DNA of 64,000 nucleotides from Atractiella rhizophila (lineage: Eukaryota), in the NCBI GenBank assembly GCA_021432655.1, contig MU271205.1, positions 1 to 64,000 on the forward strand. Direction: 5' to 3'. The position numbers and the translations under genes are program-made. Under the pieces are notes generated by a model. It saw only the letters and a list, made by a program, of their open reading frames with translations. It ran no database searches and was not told the DNA's origin. Positions within the stretch are counted from its first letter, which is position 1; each line of letters begins with the position of its first letter. Positions 37,164 through 49,184 of this stretch are shown one piece after another.

Positions 37164-39702
37164 CTACGCATCCCCTTCGCTAGCAAGCTTCTTGGCCTTC
37201 TGTTGCAGACCAAACCTCTTGTCCGTCTGGTCGTGAAGTTTATAAACACCAAAGAAGCAAGCGATTACAGCCCCGAGCAGGCTCACACCCAATCCAGTGA
37301 ACCACACACTTCTGAGTGAATCTGTAAAAGCATTCCTGACTTCCCTCTGCTCCTCGTGGGGCAGGTCATCAATGAGAGCGATAGCGGCATAGGCGATTTC
37401 GGTGCCAGCAGGGAATCGGGAGAGGAAAGCAGACGGCAGACTTTTCTTCAACTCGTTCTGTCTGTCTATCAGTATAGAACACTATTTGAAAAGACGCGAG
37501 ACGAGCCTGAAGTATTGTCGAGCCGAGAGTGATGCCTAATACTTGACCAAACGATCTCTGTTTACTCCTCAGCTCGAAACAGGGAATACACCCAAGTTCT
37601 CACGGTAAAAGCGAGGAACGCGACTGCTTTCCCCTGAAGCTCCGGCCCAAGAGGTGCAGTAATGGGGAACATCGTCAACGGAAACAGTGGCTAAGGCCAT
37701 GTTATCTTGGACTGATTTGGAATGGAAGGTAGACTTACACCATATGCAGCGGTCACAATTATTTGGTAGACAGCGATGACTCCCAGCGAGGTGTTGCTGT
37801 GAATTGCAGCTAATAAGCCGAAACCGAGTGCGAATATTAACCAAGCAACAATGTTGTACATTTTGTACGTCTTGGACCGGGCAACGATCAATCCACCTGG
37901 TTGGATGGCTTCAATTGTCTGACAATGGAGAGATTCTTCAGACTGACCAACGATGGCTAAAGGCCCCCCCAAGAGGGACAGGGGGAATAAATGGACTCCA
38001 GCCAAGGTGGCGGAGTCCCCTCTAACCGCTTGGAAGTATACGGCTATGGCGAGAGTCAGACCCGGAAAAGCTTTGTGTGAAAGAAATTAGACTCACGGAT
38101 GTTATACATTATAAAGAGGGACAGAATGCCGTGCAGGACGCTGTTCAAGTATCCAATGATAGAGGTCTTGTTTCCGAGATCTTTCACCTAGCAAAGCCAA
38201 ATCGTTCTAAGAGACTCTGCGAGAAGATGAGAAACGACCTACAGGCATGGCAGGATTCCTGACTACATAAAGCTCTAGAAACACATACCCGACCATTCCT
38301 GCCAGTCCAAGCAACAGTGGCACAAGGATTCGGAAGCTGTCCCACGCATACTCGATCCCAGCCCAAGTCATGGCAATAATTACCGACCTTGAACGTGGGC
38401 ATTAGCAGGCACAGTGCGTCCCACGCGTCCCATCCTACACTCACGTAGCAGAAGCGATGAAGAGCGCATTCGCCGTGAAATCGATCCGCTTTAGCTTCTC
38501 CAAGACAGTACCTTCCGGAGTCTTCACGCTGAGGAACATGACAACGGCTGGGGCAGCGACGGCCAGGATTGGGAGATTCACTGTTTTGATTCCGTGAGAG
38601 GACTAATAAAACTACGTTTGACTGACGGTAGAATAACCATCTCCCTGCGCGCTGATCAGCGAGATCAAGGTAGGCATGCCGCGACTCACAGTTCGTGTCT
38701 GCAAACACACCACCGAGCAACTGAAATAACACTGAGATTGCGCACACCACAGGAAGAGGGACTAGCTGACTGGACCAACAGCTGCAGCAAATGCCCATAC
38801 AGCGGTTAATAGACCCATGTACTACATACCGCCATCAGTTTATATGCATCGTTGTCAAGTTTGATGTACCTTTCCTCTTCGAGACAGAGGAATAATATCG
38901 GCTGAAGAATCCACATCAACGAAGGGAACAATGTGAATTCGGCACTCACCAACGACCTGATTGCTGCAACTGACGATACCGCCACCTCCGACTCCTTGAC
39001 TCCAAGTCAAATCAGATAGCTACGGCGGTGATCCCTGACCTTGTATGGCTCTGGCGGCTATCAGCATGTCCATGTTTTGAGCTGCACCACAAAGCACGGA
39101 TCCCACCCCAAAGAAAGCTACGCAGACCTAATTCGCTCTTTGATTAGGCAAAGCAGGATAAAACGTAGTGGGTACTCACGAGGAGGAGAGGACGTCTACC
39201 GAAGACGTGGCTCAAACCAGCTACCCAAGGTAGGAAGGAGGTACTTGTTAACTGCCAGTAGATGCATTATGAAGCTAGCAACTGAGATGATGGCGAGAAA
39301 CGAACGGCATAGGCCGATCCAATCCATACGTAGTTATCTCCTCCCAGGTCTGCAGCGATCTTAGGGAGTGCAGTACCGATTGAGGTGAAGTCCAGGGCCG
39401 AGAGAAATCTTTGGAAGGATCTCACTGTTAACAGCACAAATTCAAACAAGAGGGACGTGCATCGTTAAACACAATGCTAGCATCACGAGATAAAGCTATT
39501 TAGAGTCGCATCAGTGTTACTGACATCTTAGCGGTTGACGGAGGCCTACCTGACGCGTAGGACGCCATTCTTCCTCAACGACAACAGATCCAACTTTCTC
39601 AGCCTTCTCCACTTCCTCAGACTTCTTTGCAACATCGCCGTCTATGACGGTCTCCTCGTCCTCAGCACGATCCCTTGCTTCGTTCTTTTCGATGTTATTC
39701 AT
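37164..39702 (-). CDS. MFS drug:H+ antiporter (DHA2-like), many introns
   Basis: FLSALDFTSIGTALPKIAADL, YVWIGSAY, GVGGGIV, many TM segments, and C-terminal AFTDSLRSVW. Confidence 0.9.
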
Positions 39703-41203
39703 CTTTGAGCTCCAGGTTCACGGCGTAGATCTCCTCTCCTCGTTGCCTTTGCACTGTCTCCGTCCCCTCCTCGGCAACCACGCTCGAGGAGAGAAAGGCA
39801 CTCCAACAAGCTCCCTCCCCGATACATGGGCATGTACGCTCATGCAACGGCCGCCTGCCTCAATGGCTAGCTTCTGCAGTGCTGCAGTCCCCGAGGAAGG
39901 AAAGTACGATCATACAACAGCTCACCAAGGAAAGGACTGATGTAATCAACAAGTGGATGTGCAGTTGCACGATGGAGCTGTCTCGCCAGTACAGGGACTG
40001 AATGTCGGGGCTCGCACGGGTCTAAGATTGATGCTGTCGTAGCGCTTTGCTTCAGTACTTTGTACAGTACCTCAACACCTCGAGCTTCGAGTTCGGATGT
40101 GTTCAAGCCTACTTTGAATGACGGACGGGCTTAAGCGACGGAGCATCCGCCAAAGGGCCAAAGACTCGGACAGACAGCATGATGGTGATGAGTTGATTCT
40201 TGACCTTTCTTACTACATCCTTCGTCAGCATCGGGTGTAGGCGATATTTTCTTTCATTAATCATACGACGCACATAGCAACTTTGTAGACGACATAAAGA
40301 TTCGTCATCCGTGCCACACATTCCTGTAAGGACCGGTGCGACGTTCGTGCTCAGAATGTGTTTATTCTTTCTCACATCACATCATGAATTCGCTAAAATC
40401 GTGACAACAGAGCAGTTAGTAGCCAACCAAACCCTGAACGGAGAGTGAAACTAGCACTGGAGAAAGCGAAAATCCTTGATTTCGAAGGACATAGATATCT
40501 AGAACTCGAAGATTGTAATCAAATAACCAATTACTAACTCTGGCGTGCGAGTTTATGTGTAGTGCCACGTTGCTTTCATCCTAATTTGAATCTGGCTCGG
40601 TCTTTCTTCTGCTTTTAAAGTCGCGATTCGAAGCAACGAGGATCAATGAACTCATAGCCTAAAGGATATAAATTTCGAACTGTTCACTAAAACAAGAATG
40701 GTCTGCATGACATTGAGTCTGTAATGAATGTAACACCCCTGCAGTGGAGCGTTGGTGTGATAAATGCACTGAATAGTATATCGATGATCGCGAAATTTCC
40801 GCCTTTTCAAAGAAAAAATAATGCTGCTTACGCCGGAAAGAGCGCATAACACTCATTCTGACTTTACACCTTCCTGCGGACTGCAGGTATGGTGATGAAC
40901 AGATAGTCAGAGCTCACTGCATTTCTTTCCCCAAGCGTTCCACCAAATTAAGTCATTGCACATTGTGACAGCGTTATTCCATCCTGCAAGCTATCATGAT
41001 CAAGCAATCCACAAATTTTACAATTAATTTGTCGATATACAACATTCGCCGATGAGTCACACTCTAGAACATTCCTGTGTGATTACATAATCACATCCTT
41101 TCGAAAGTCGAACCACGATATATAAAGGCATAGATTAATCCATGAGTGAGTTCTTCATCGACCATCAGCCATGCTACTCGTTCACCCACAACGCAGCATG
41201 TTC

Positions 41204-42123
41204 ATGTCTAACTATCCCTCCCAAACCCCGAACCCATATCTGCTCAGTTCCTTCCCCTCTGCCTCGTCTGCCGGGAAGAAGCGCAAACATTACGACTCCT
41301 CTGCGTCCGAGGATGAGGTCCCCGACCCCATTACTTCGTCATCAGCAACACCATCTGCATCGGCGGCTTCAAGGACGGACAATGAGGGAGCCCAGAGGAA
41401 GCGGCTCCGGACGGCGTTGAAAGGCATGAGGATTTGGGAGCCGTCGCCCGTTTTACTGGGTGATGGGAGCGGTGCTAGTGATTCTCATCCAGAGTGGGAA
41501 GGCGTGGGTGAGCTTTTCTCGACAGCCATGTGCGTCTGCATCCATTGACAAGTTGATTCTCAATAGGCGTCGTGATGGGGGAAGAACCTCCCATGCCCAC
41601 ACAGCAACAACAGCAAACATTACATCCTGAAGCCCAATCTGGAGCTCAAATAACGGAGATATTCCCTGCAGAAGCAGATGCAGAGGGAGAATCGGATTCA
41701 TCTTCATCCGAAGGAGGACTTGCGGAACCTCTAACTTTGAACTCTGCCTATTCAGCCTACATCTCCCAATCCCATTCTCGACCCTCCCTGATCCCTCCAC
41801 AACTACGCAACCTCAAATCTTCTCAAGCTGCAACACCCATTTCAAACGTGGGGAACCCAACGGCTTTGGTGCTCTATCGCCCTATCGCTTCCCCATCCAT
41901 GCCAAACTCCTCTTCTCACTCTACCGCTTTGTTTTCGTCGGTGGAAGGAGAGGAAGGAAGGTTTCGGGAGAAAGAGGGGAAGTGGTGGAACGGACGGGAA
42001 GAGAGGGAGTGGGAGGAGAGGGAGATGGTAGAGGTCGGCGGAGCAAGTGGAGATGGAGAAATGGAACGGGGGATGGGGATGGATGTAGATGAGGATGGAG
42101 ACGTTCGAATGGACGAATGCTGA
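41204..42123 (+). CDS. Hypothetical low-complexity protein with NLS-like motifs, two exons
   Basis: TATATAAA at ~41119, KKRKH and RKRLR motifs, GTGAGC..TAG intron, ALVLYRP motif; start codon uncertain. Confidence 0.6.
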
Positions 42124-42535
42124 TATTGGTTATCGACTTCAATTGGGTTCAACAGCATCACCTTGAATACATTCACGTATATGCTTTAATCTACTTGATT
42201 TGAATACTCACGTGCACAAATATTCCACGTTATTCCAAGTTGTCGGACATGATGATAGTTAGCTGCCACTGTCTTCCCCTCAAGGAGGATTCTGTCTACT
42301 GTCTAACGCCAAGCCATTACAAAATCGCAATACGCCGAGCAGGCGCGGGCGAATATTCTTTGAACCACCGCCAATATTCCACGGCGATGACGTAGCTCTG
42401 CTCTCATACATGGCATAAAAGGGACTTCATTTCATTTCCTTCCATTTCCATTCATGCAGTCAAATCTAAATCGACACACCACCAAGTTAACGAACATCTG
42501 ACGATCCTCACGACCAATTTATTGTAGCTAAAGTC

Positions 42536-43178
42536 ATGCACTTCCTCACCTCCGCTGCCCTCCTAGCCCTCTCCCTCCTCCATACCTTGTTTGCCTCGCC
42601 TCTTTCCCTTTCGAGTTCAAGTTCCATCTCTCCTCGTCAGTCCGGGCCATCAGGCACGCTGAAGACACCATACGACGGGTACACAGTAGGTGCGGCTGAC
42701 GGGATTGAGTTGATTTATACGCGAGTGAACGGGGACCAAGGGTACTACACCACCTCCAGTGCGTCCTCCATCGCGGCCTAACCTAAGACGTGCGACGAAC
42801 CTGAGGACTATGGTGTGAATAGTTGATGTGGATATCATTGACGGTAGCTCCAATAACCGCTACGCCCTCGCTAGGTCCTTGACGAGTGCCTCGAAGGATA
42901 TTGATATCTCTGGACTCTTCGCCATCCCTCGTCCTTCGGGATCTGTGCAGGAGGGCACGCAAGTGAACTACCAGCTGATCGTCGTCGAATGGGTCCGTCT
43001 TCCAACCCTCCTATATAGTTGAGTCAAACTGAGTACTGTTTTATCTTCCGGATAGCAAATCGGTGCGGATGGTCAGGCGATCAGCTTCCAAAGCGCGGCT
43101 CCCACCTTCAGGGTGCAGACCACAACGAGGGACCAGTGTGCGGGAAGGCAACCGGGGAACTGTGGCAACACTTTCTGA
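42536..43178 (+). CDS. Small secreted protein, three exons
   Basis: Signal peptide MHFLTSAALLALSLL, SPR|Q propeptide-like site, beta-rich body and a C-terminal Cys pair. Confidence 0.75.
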
Positions 43179-44334
43179 TCCTGATCCTGAAGCACTCTGT
43201 TGTCCTGATGGCGATGTTGAACCTTTCTTGTTAAAACAGTCTTCAATTGGACCCATCCCTGAATATGCTTTGTTGCCAGCGCTGCAACCTCTTGTTGTAC
43301 ATAATTCCCCATTCATCATTTAATACTGTGCGAATAGTCATCGGAGTCTACGACACTGGCACTCAGAGGCAGATGGAGAATCGTACTTCTCACAAGGCGT
43401 CTTGCATCGAAGGTAAACTTCGTACATCCTTGGATCGATCAGCGTAGTGAATGGACAGTGGAAGAGGGTGAAGTCTCGAACCTGAACACTCGAAGTTGGC
43501 CAGCAAAGCGCGTGCGTGATATAAGGAAAGAAACCGTAGAACTGCCAACCTGAGGCGATTGTCGGAGCTGAAGGATCCTGAAGTTGGAGCAGGAAAAACG
43601 TCCATTGTGAGGTCCTGGCGCGTTTCAAATCACTAGATAACTTGTCAAAGTTGGTTTGAACGCGGGAGGTCCTTGACTCACCGCAAAAAACTGTAGCGTT
43701 CAGTCCCTTGGATGGCTCGCTCGCTCTCACAACGATTCTCCTAAACGAGTTCTGCTGCTTCGATACGGCGGATAATGGCCTGAAGTTGCATCATTTCGAA
43801 TGCGCGTTGAGCCATCTAACACAGTATCGTGGGTAGACTACCAAAGCTCCATTATACAATGTTTCCACCTCAGTCCAAAGTAGGAAACAGATATCAACAT
43901 CAACAGCGTGCGCATCATCATCATCTCCTCACCATTCGCATAAGTAGACGTTTTGCACAATCAGCTGGACAAAGAATGGGATATTAAGCGTCACTTTGTC
44001 TGAACAGTCAACATCCTGCTGTGTTGAAATCTGTGGGAGAAGGGTTAGTTTCAATCAATACGGTGGCCTTCACGCTCTCAACACATTCAGATACAAACAG
44101 AGAATACCTTTGTTATCAAGATGTTATTCTATCCGCGATAGCTTCGAACGAGCATAGTATTGGAATGGGCATAAAGCGGTTTTGAACAGCAAGCGATGTA
44201 TTAGTTGAAACTCAAAGCACTTTTGAACCATACATATTATACCTACACGCACAGGATTAGTTTCGAGCCGTGAAAGTCGAAATTAAATGGGGACACTTAC
44301 AGGCTTTATGAACACAGCTCCCGCGACACCCCGC

Positions 44335-44440
44335 TCACCCTTGTGCGTATCCCGTATGATATCCTTGCACCGACGCCTTTTCACGTCATCAACACCTCCC
44401 CACCACGGCCTCAACGAAAAGACGTACCTGCTGCCTATAC

Positions 44441-44481
<41 letters not shown>

Positions 44482-45578
44482 CTGTTGCTGCTGTTGTTGC
44501 TGCTGTTGCTGTTGTTGCTGAGAACCAGCAGCACTGGAGAAGTATGGGTGTCGCAGTGCGTCCTCAGCCGTCAACCTTCGCTGTGGGTCAAACTGGAGCA
44601 GCATGTCTAATAGGTCTAGACCGAGTGGGTGGGCTCGTGGGAGGATCTGAGCAAAGGGGATTTTGGGGGTGCGAGGGAAAGGACGGATTTGGATATCGGG
44701 CTGTGATGCGACGTCATCAGCTCCGGTTTGGCTTTGTAAGAGCAGAAGGTGGATGGATCATGGACTCACGGATTGAGCGAGCATGTTCTGGAGCGTGAAT
44801 TCATCTGGCGAGCCCAAGATGCGCACGATCTGGTTCAGCTGGTCGTTGTTGTCTCTACCCCTGAACAGAGGCGTCCCAGATATCATTTCTGCCATGATAC
44901 ACCCAGCGCTCCACACATCGATGCTTGTCGTATAGGTCCTACTGCCCATCAAGACGTCTGGAGGACGATACCAAAGCGTGACGACCTCGTTCGAGAATGT
45001 ATTCACGGGGATCCCGAACGCCCTCGCCAAACCGAAGTCCGCAAGCTTGAGCTCGCCTCGTTTGTTGATGAGCAAATTCTGTGGTTTGAGGTCCCGATGG
45101 AGAACTCGGTTGGCGTGGCAGAAAGCGGTCCCTTTGAGCATTTGGTAGGTGAAGGCGCGCACGATTTGTGGTTCTAGTGCACCGTGGGTGCCGTTCAGAT
45201 CCATATAACGCTTGAGATCTAAGTCCATGTATTCGAAGACGAGGGTGAGTTTTGAATCGGAGTGTAACACGTCGTGTAAACGGAGGATGTTGGGGTGCTT
45301 CAGCTCTTTCATCAGCGAGATCTCCCGGATGGCAGTTGAGGGTGTGCCTTCGTCAGTGTCGAGGTGGATTTCTGTGGCGATCTCATCTGAGGATGCATCG
45401 ATGGAATAGGAAACATGAGAACATACCCTTGAGCGCGACGATGGAACCATCGTTTCTATTCCTTCCCTAGGGTATGACATCAGCAATCGCATTTCAACTC
45501 ACACGAAGAACACACCTTGTGCACAGTGGCATACGTGCCCTCACCCAGCTTCTCGAGCTGTATGTAAACACTCGACAT
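44335..45578 (-). CDS. PHO85: Cyclin-dependent kinase Pho85, multi-exon
   Basis: [75 protein letters not shown]. Confidence 0.96.
44440..44520 (-). repeat. CAG/CAA microsatellite encoding 27 Gln in the Pho85 tail
   Basis: 81 nt of mixed CAG/CAA codons. Confidence 0.95.
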
Positions 45579-46194
45579 CGCCAATTTTTTCACAGCTGAA
45601 TCAAAAACTCTGGGATTTCTTTGATGGGGAGTTAGGTATATAAGGCGGTGGTCGATTGTGTGCCCTGGCGAGAACGAGGCTTTTGGAGGGAATGTTAAGG
45701 AAAAAGTCGTGTGCCACGCCTCCAACGTGAAGCGGGCGAGTCACAAACAGCGGCGCTGCGAGCGAGCGGTGAGTATTTGGCCGAGGACAAATCGTTGAGT
45801 CGGGAGAAACCGTAAACGCGTTCAATATCGCGTCGAGGTGTCAGAACACGTCTCTCTTTAATTGTCCAAGCAGATACGAAAGCAGGGCATGCGGAGGCGA
45901 GGGTAGACCAAGGAATACACCCTTATATCATGTCCATTCTCGGCTACGTGAGGCTTCGGTGGCCGGTCTTAATGGCCTGATGTCTTCACGCACGCAGGAT
46001 CGGCATGAGCGCAAAATGGTACGAAAGGACACATACAATGACGCGCTGATAGATGGGAAAATGGGCCAGCGAATGGACATACCAGTCAGTACTATAACTC
46101 TTTCAATTCTCACTTCATTTGCATTTCTTGACCTCAGCAGTGGATAAGGCTTGCTGCCTCCCAGAGAAGCATTGAGATTCCATCCATGGAGTAA

Positions 46195-46272
46195 CTTAGT
46201 TCCACAGTTTGTGACCCTGAGGTTTGCAAAGCTTTAAGTTGGATCCTCAGGGTCACAAACTGTGGAACTAAG
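46195..46272. repeat. Perfect 28-bp inverted repeat with 22-nt spacer
   Basis: CTTAGTTCCACAGTTTGTGACCCTGAGG (46195-46222) and CCTCAGGGTCACAAACTGTGGAACTAAG (46245-46272). Confidence 0.97.
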
Positions 46273-47432
46273 GCATGCGCCTGGCCTTTCAGGAGAACAC
46301 TATCTCGTCTTCATCAACCGTCCGGCGCGAGAAATGCAATCCAATCAGCCAGAATGCCTTGTGAAACTCGAACGCTGCAGCTTCAGTGAAAACCTGGACA
46401 ATCAGTTAAACGCCCTCAAATCACGTGACAAGAAAACTATCTTCCAGCAACAAAGGCGTCAACGCTGTGTTCGAAACAGCTGAAACGAACTACAGGTGGA
46501 TGGGAAGGTGGGGGTTACTTGGATATTGCAAAGCTACTTCGTATTGAGAGGGTTCTGACCGATCATGTGTGTTCTTTCTTTTGCAGAAACTGGGAGTGGG
46601 AATGTTCAGGATTACGATTGTAGCAACATTGAAACTTGAGATGATATGAACTTAACTTAGATGCTATTTACTTCCCCCAGGCGGTGGCACTGTTAGGGCA
46701 GCAACAAAGGACAATGCAAGCTACGAACGTGAAAAGCAGTTCGTTTTTCTTGAGAAACATGTTGAGAGTTTGCACGCGTCTTTTGGATAGTCGTTCATTT
46801 GTGTTCTCTATTAAGCATGACAGCGGTTCTGAACTGGCCTCCCAAACTTTTATTCATGTCATACAACATCCTGACAATTAGACAACACATGCACACAACA
46901 TTATGAGAACTGCGATCAGCCACTTCTACTAGACAGCAAGCTTGCCTAAAATTACGTAGATTCTTTGCGAGACGAGGTTTCTGACGGGTAAATGAACTTG
47001 ATAGGGTTGTGCCTAGCCATCAATAAGCCGAGTCTGTGTTATAGACGTGATATCTTGTAACGAAATTTACCTTGTCGGCAGGGATATGGATGACTAGAAA
47101 GCTCATGACAGGCAATTGATAACTTTGCTAGACTCTTCGCCTTTCCAAGTTGAAGAGACGCTGACGTTTTATACCTCATTACCAGGGCAAGTCAGGAAGA
47201 AGGTGAGCAATGTGCCTCAACGACGCATTTGAGAGATGATAAGCTGAGTTTTCCTTCGTAGTGGTCGTTAGGCGTCCCCATGCCTGATTCGCGACCGTTG
47301 ACCTTGTCATTGCTAATATATTATGATGGACCTAATTGCTGACTCGCATTCATAGCAAGGATGCTCTTCCCGAATTCGTTTGCGGCATCCAATACCCGAC
47401 TCTAACGACAGTGAATTTCGTCTTAGCAGGTC

Positions 47433-48841
47433 ATGCGTCGCATTTTTTCTCATGCGTCGCCCTTTTCTCGGGCCTCACGATCAATCTCAGGTTTCTCATC
47501 TACAAGCATCGCATCGTCGAAGACTACAACACCTGGATCGCCTTCCTTCGTTAAACTGCCGCCAACTCCAAGACATGAGGAAACAGTTGAAGATTACGTA
47601 GCAGGAGGCTTTCATCCGATGGCGATTGGACAGGTTTTTAACCAGAAGTACGAAGTTGTCTCGAAACTGGGTTGGGGCAGATTTTCTACGGTCTGGCTAG
47701 TTAAGGACGCAACCCGGTACATCCTTTTTATCTTCCTGCTTGTCCGTGGGGCTGAAGTCAGGCAGAAATACCTTCTCTGCACTCAAGGTTCTCCGAGCAT
47801 CCTGCACAGACGACCCCCATGGATTAAATGAGCTTGAAATGCTCACCATTTGTCGGGGTTCAAACCCAGCCGCAAAAGGATATGGGTACCTATTACATCT
47901 GAAAGACCATTTTCGAGTTGAGGGGCCAAACGGCACCCATGTCTGCCATGTCACTGACGCCTTTCTTACCGACACTTTACGGATTTACAGAGGTTTTCAA
48001 GGGCCGGTACCCTTACCAGTAGTGAAGCGCATCTTCTCAGATGTTCTACATGCTTTGAGCTATCTCCATGAAGATTGCAAAATGGTACATACTGGTCCGT
48101 CCCCCTTCTTTGCGTTAGTAACTGAAATTTACACGGTGATAGACATTAAATTTGAAAACATCGTGATTGATATTCCTATCGATCACCCGGAAGAGGCAGA
48201 GCAAACAATATCCCTCGAGGAGCTGATGCGTTCGAAATATAAGCTGATTGACGTGGGCCACGGTTCGTCCTCCACTTTTTCCAGTCGTCGCCTTACCACC
48301 ATCTAGCCAACAAATCGAGCCATCGATTCGCACAAATGATACAACCCACCCCTCTTCGAGCTCCGGAAGTTATTATTGACGCAGAATGGGACACAAAGGC
48401 CGACATTTGGAATTTTGGTTGCTTGCTCTTCCAAATGGTCACCACAAGACTAATCTTCGATCCGTTCCACCAAAATGAAATATCGGGCCTAAATGCTCCA
48501 CAAACTCATATGTGTCAGATCATCAGCCTGCTAGGCAATTTTCCAAAGGACTTTGTGAGAGAAGGAAACAAGAGTGAGAGATATTTTGATGCTGACGGTG
48601 TGTCATCAATCTTCCGTCAGATTTACACCTTCTGATACGAAATGCATCACTAGGCAAATTTTTACTAGAACAACGACTCGAGAAAGGTTATACGATTATT
48701 GATGTTATCAGAATTAAAGGGAACCTTCCAGAGGCTGAGATATCAGGGATGGCTGACTTCTTAGGACGCTGCTTGGAAATCGATCCTCAGACAAGGTGGT
48801 CCGCCAATCAATTGTTACAGCATCCATGGATTGCTTCATGA
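47433..48841 (+). CDS. SRPK/Sky1-like CMGC protein kinase, multi-exon
   Basis: EDYVAGGFHP, KLGWGRFSTVWL, ALKV, HTDIKFEN, IQPTPLRAPEVII, ADIWNFGC, LLQHPW. Confidence 0.9.
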
Positions 48842-49184
48842 TACGCTATTTCTCACCCATCCACACTTAGAAGTTGGCGACTCTAGCTCTCATGATCTTA
48901 ATCGCTGTCGTATTTCGAGTTGTGACTATGTTGCTTTCGTGCTTCCTGAAACACTACAATGCAACAGAATTCAATGGTCAGTGGCGGCTTGTGTGCTTCA
49001 GCCTGCCTGGATCCTTAGCAATTACAATAATACGATGGGACCAAGTTGTGTTCAGCGACTCTACTCGGAAGCTGCCCACAGGTGTTAGTCATGGTGTGAT
49101 CTGAGTTGGAACGACATCCAAGCAAGCTCAAGCTCAAGCGCTCAATTCGCTGCACTGGCTTCTGAGCGTCTATCCATCGAACTT

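Noticed and set aside
39867..40375. Short minus-strand ORFs upstream of the MFS gene
   Set aside because: No recognisable domain and no consistent exon chain could be built.
44287..44610. Poly-Leu ORF on the plus strand
   Set aside because: It is the antisense reading of the Pho85 polyQ tract.
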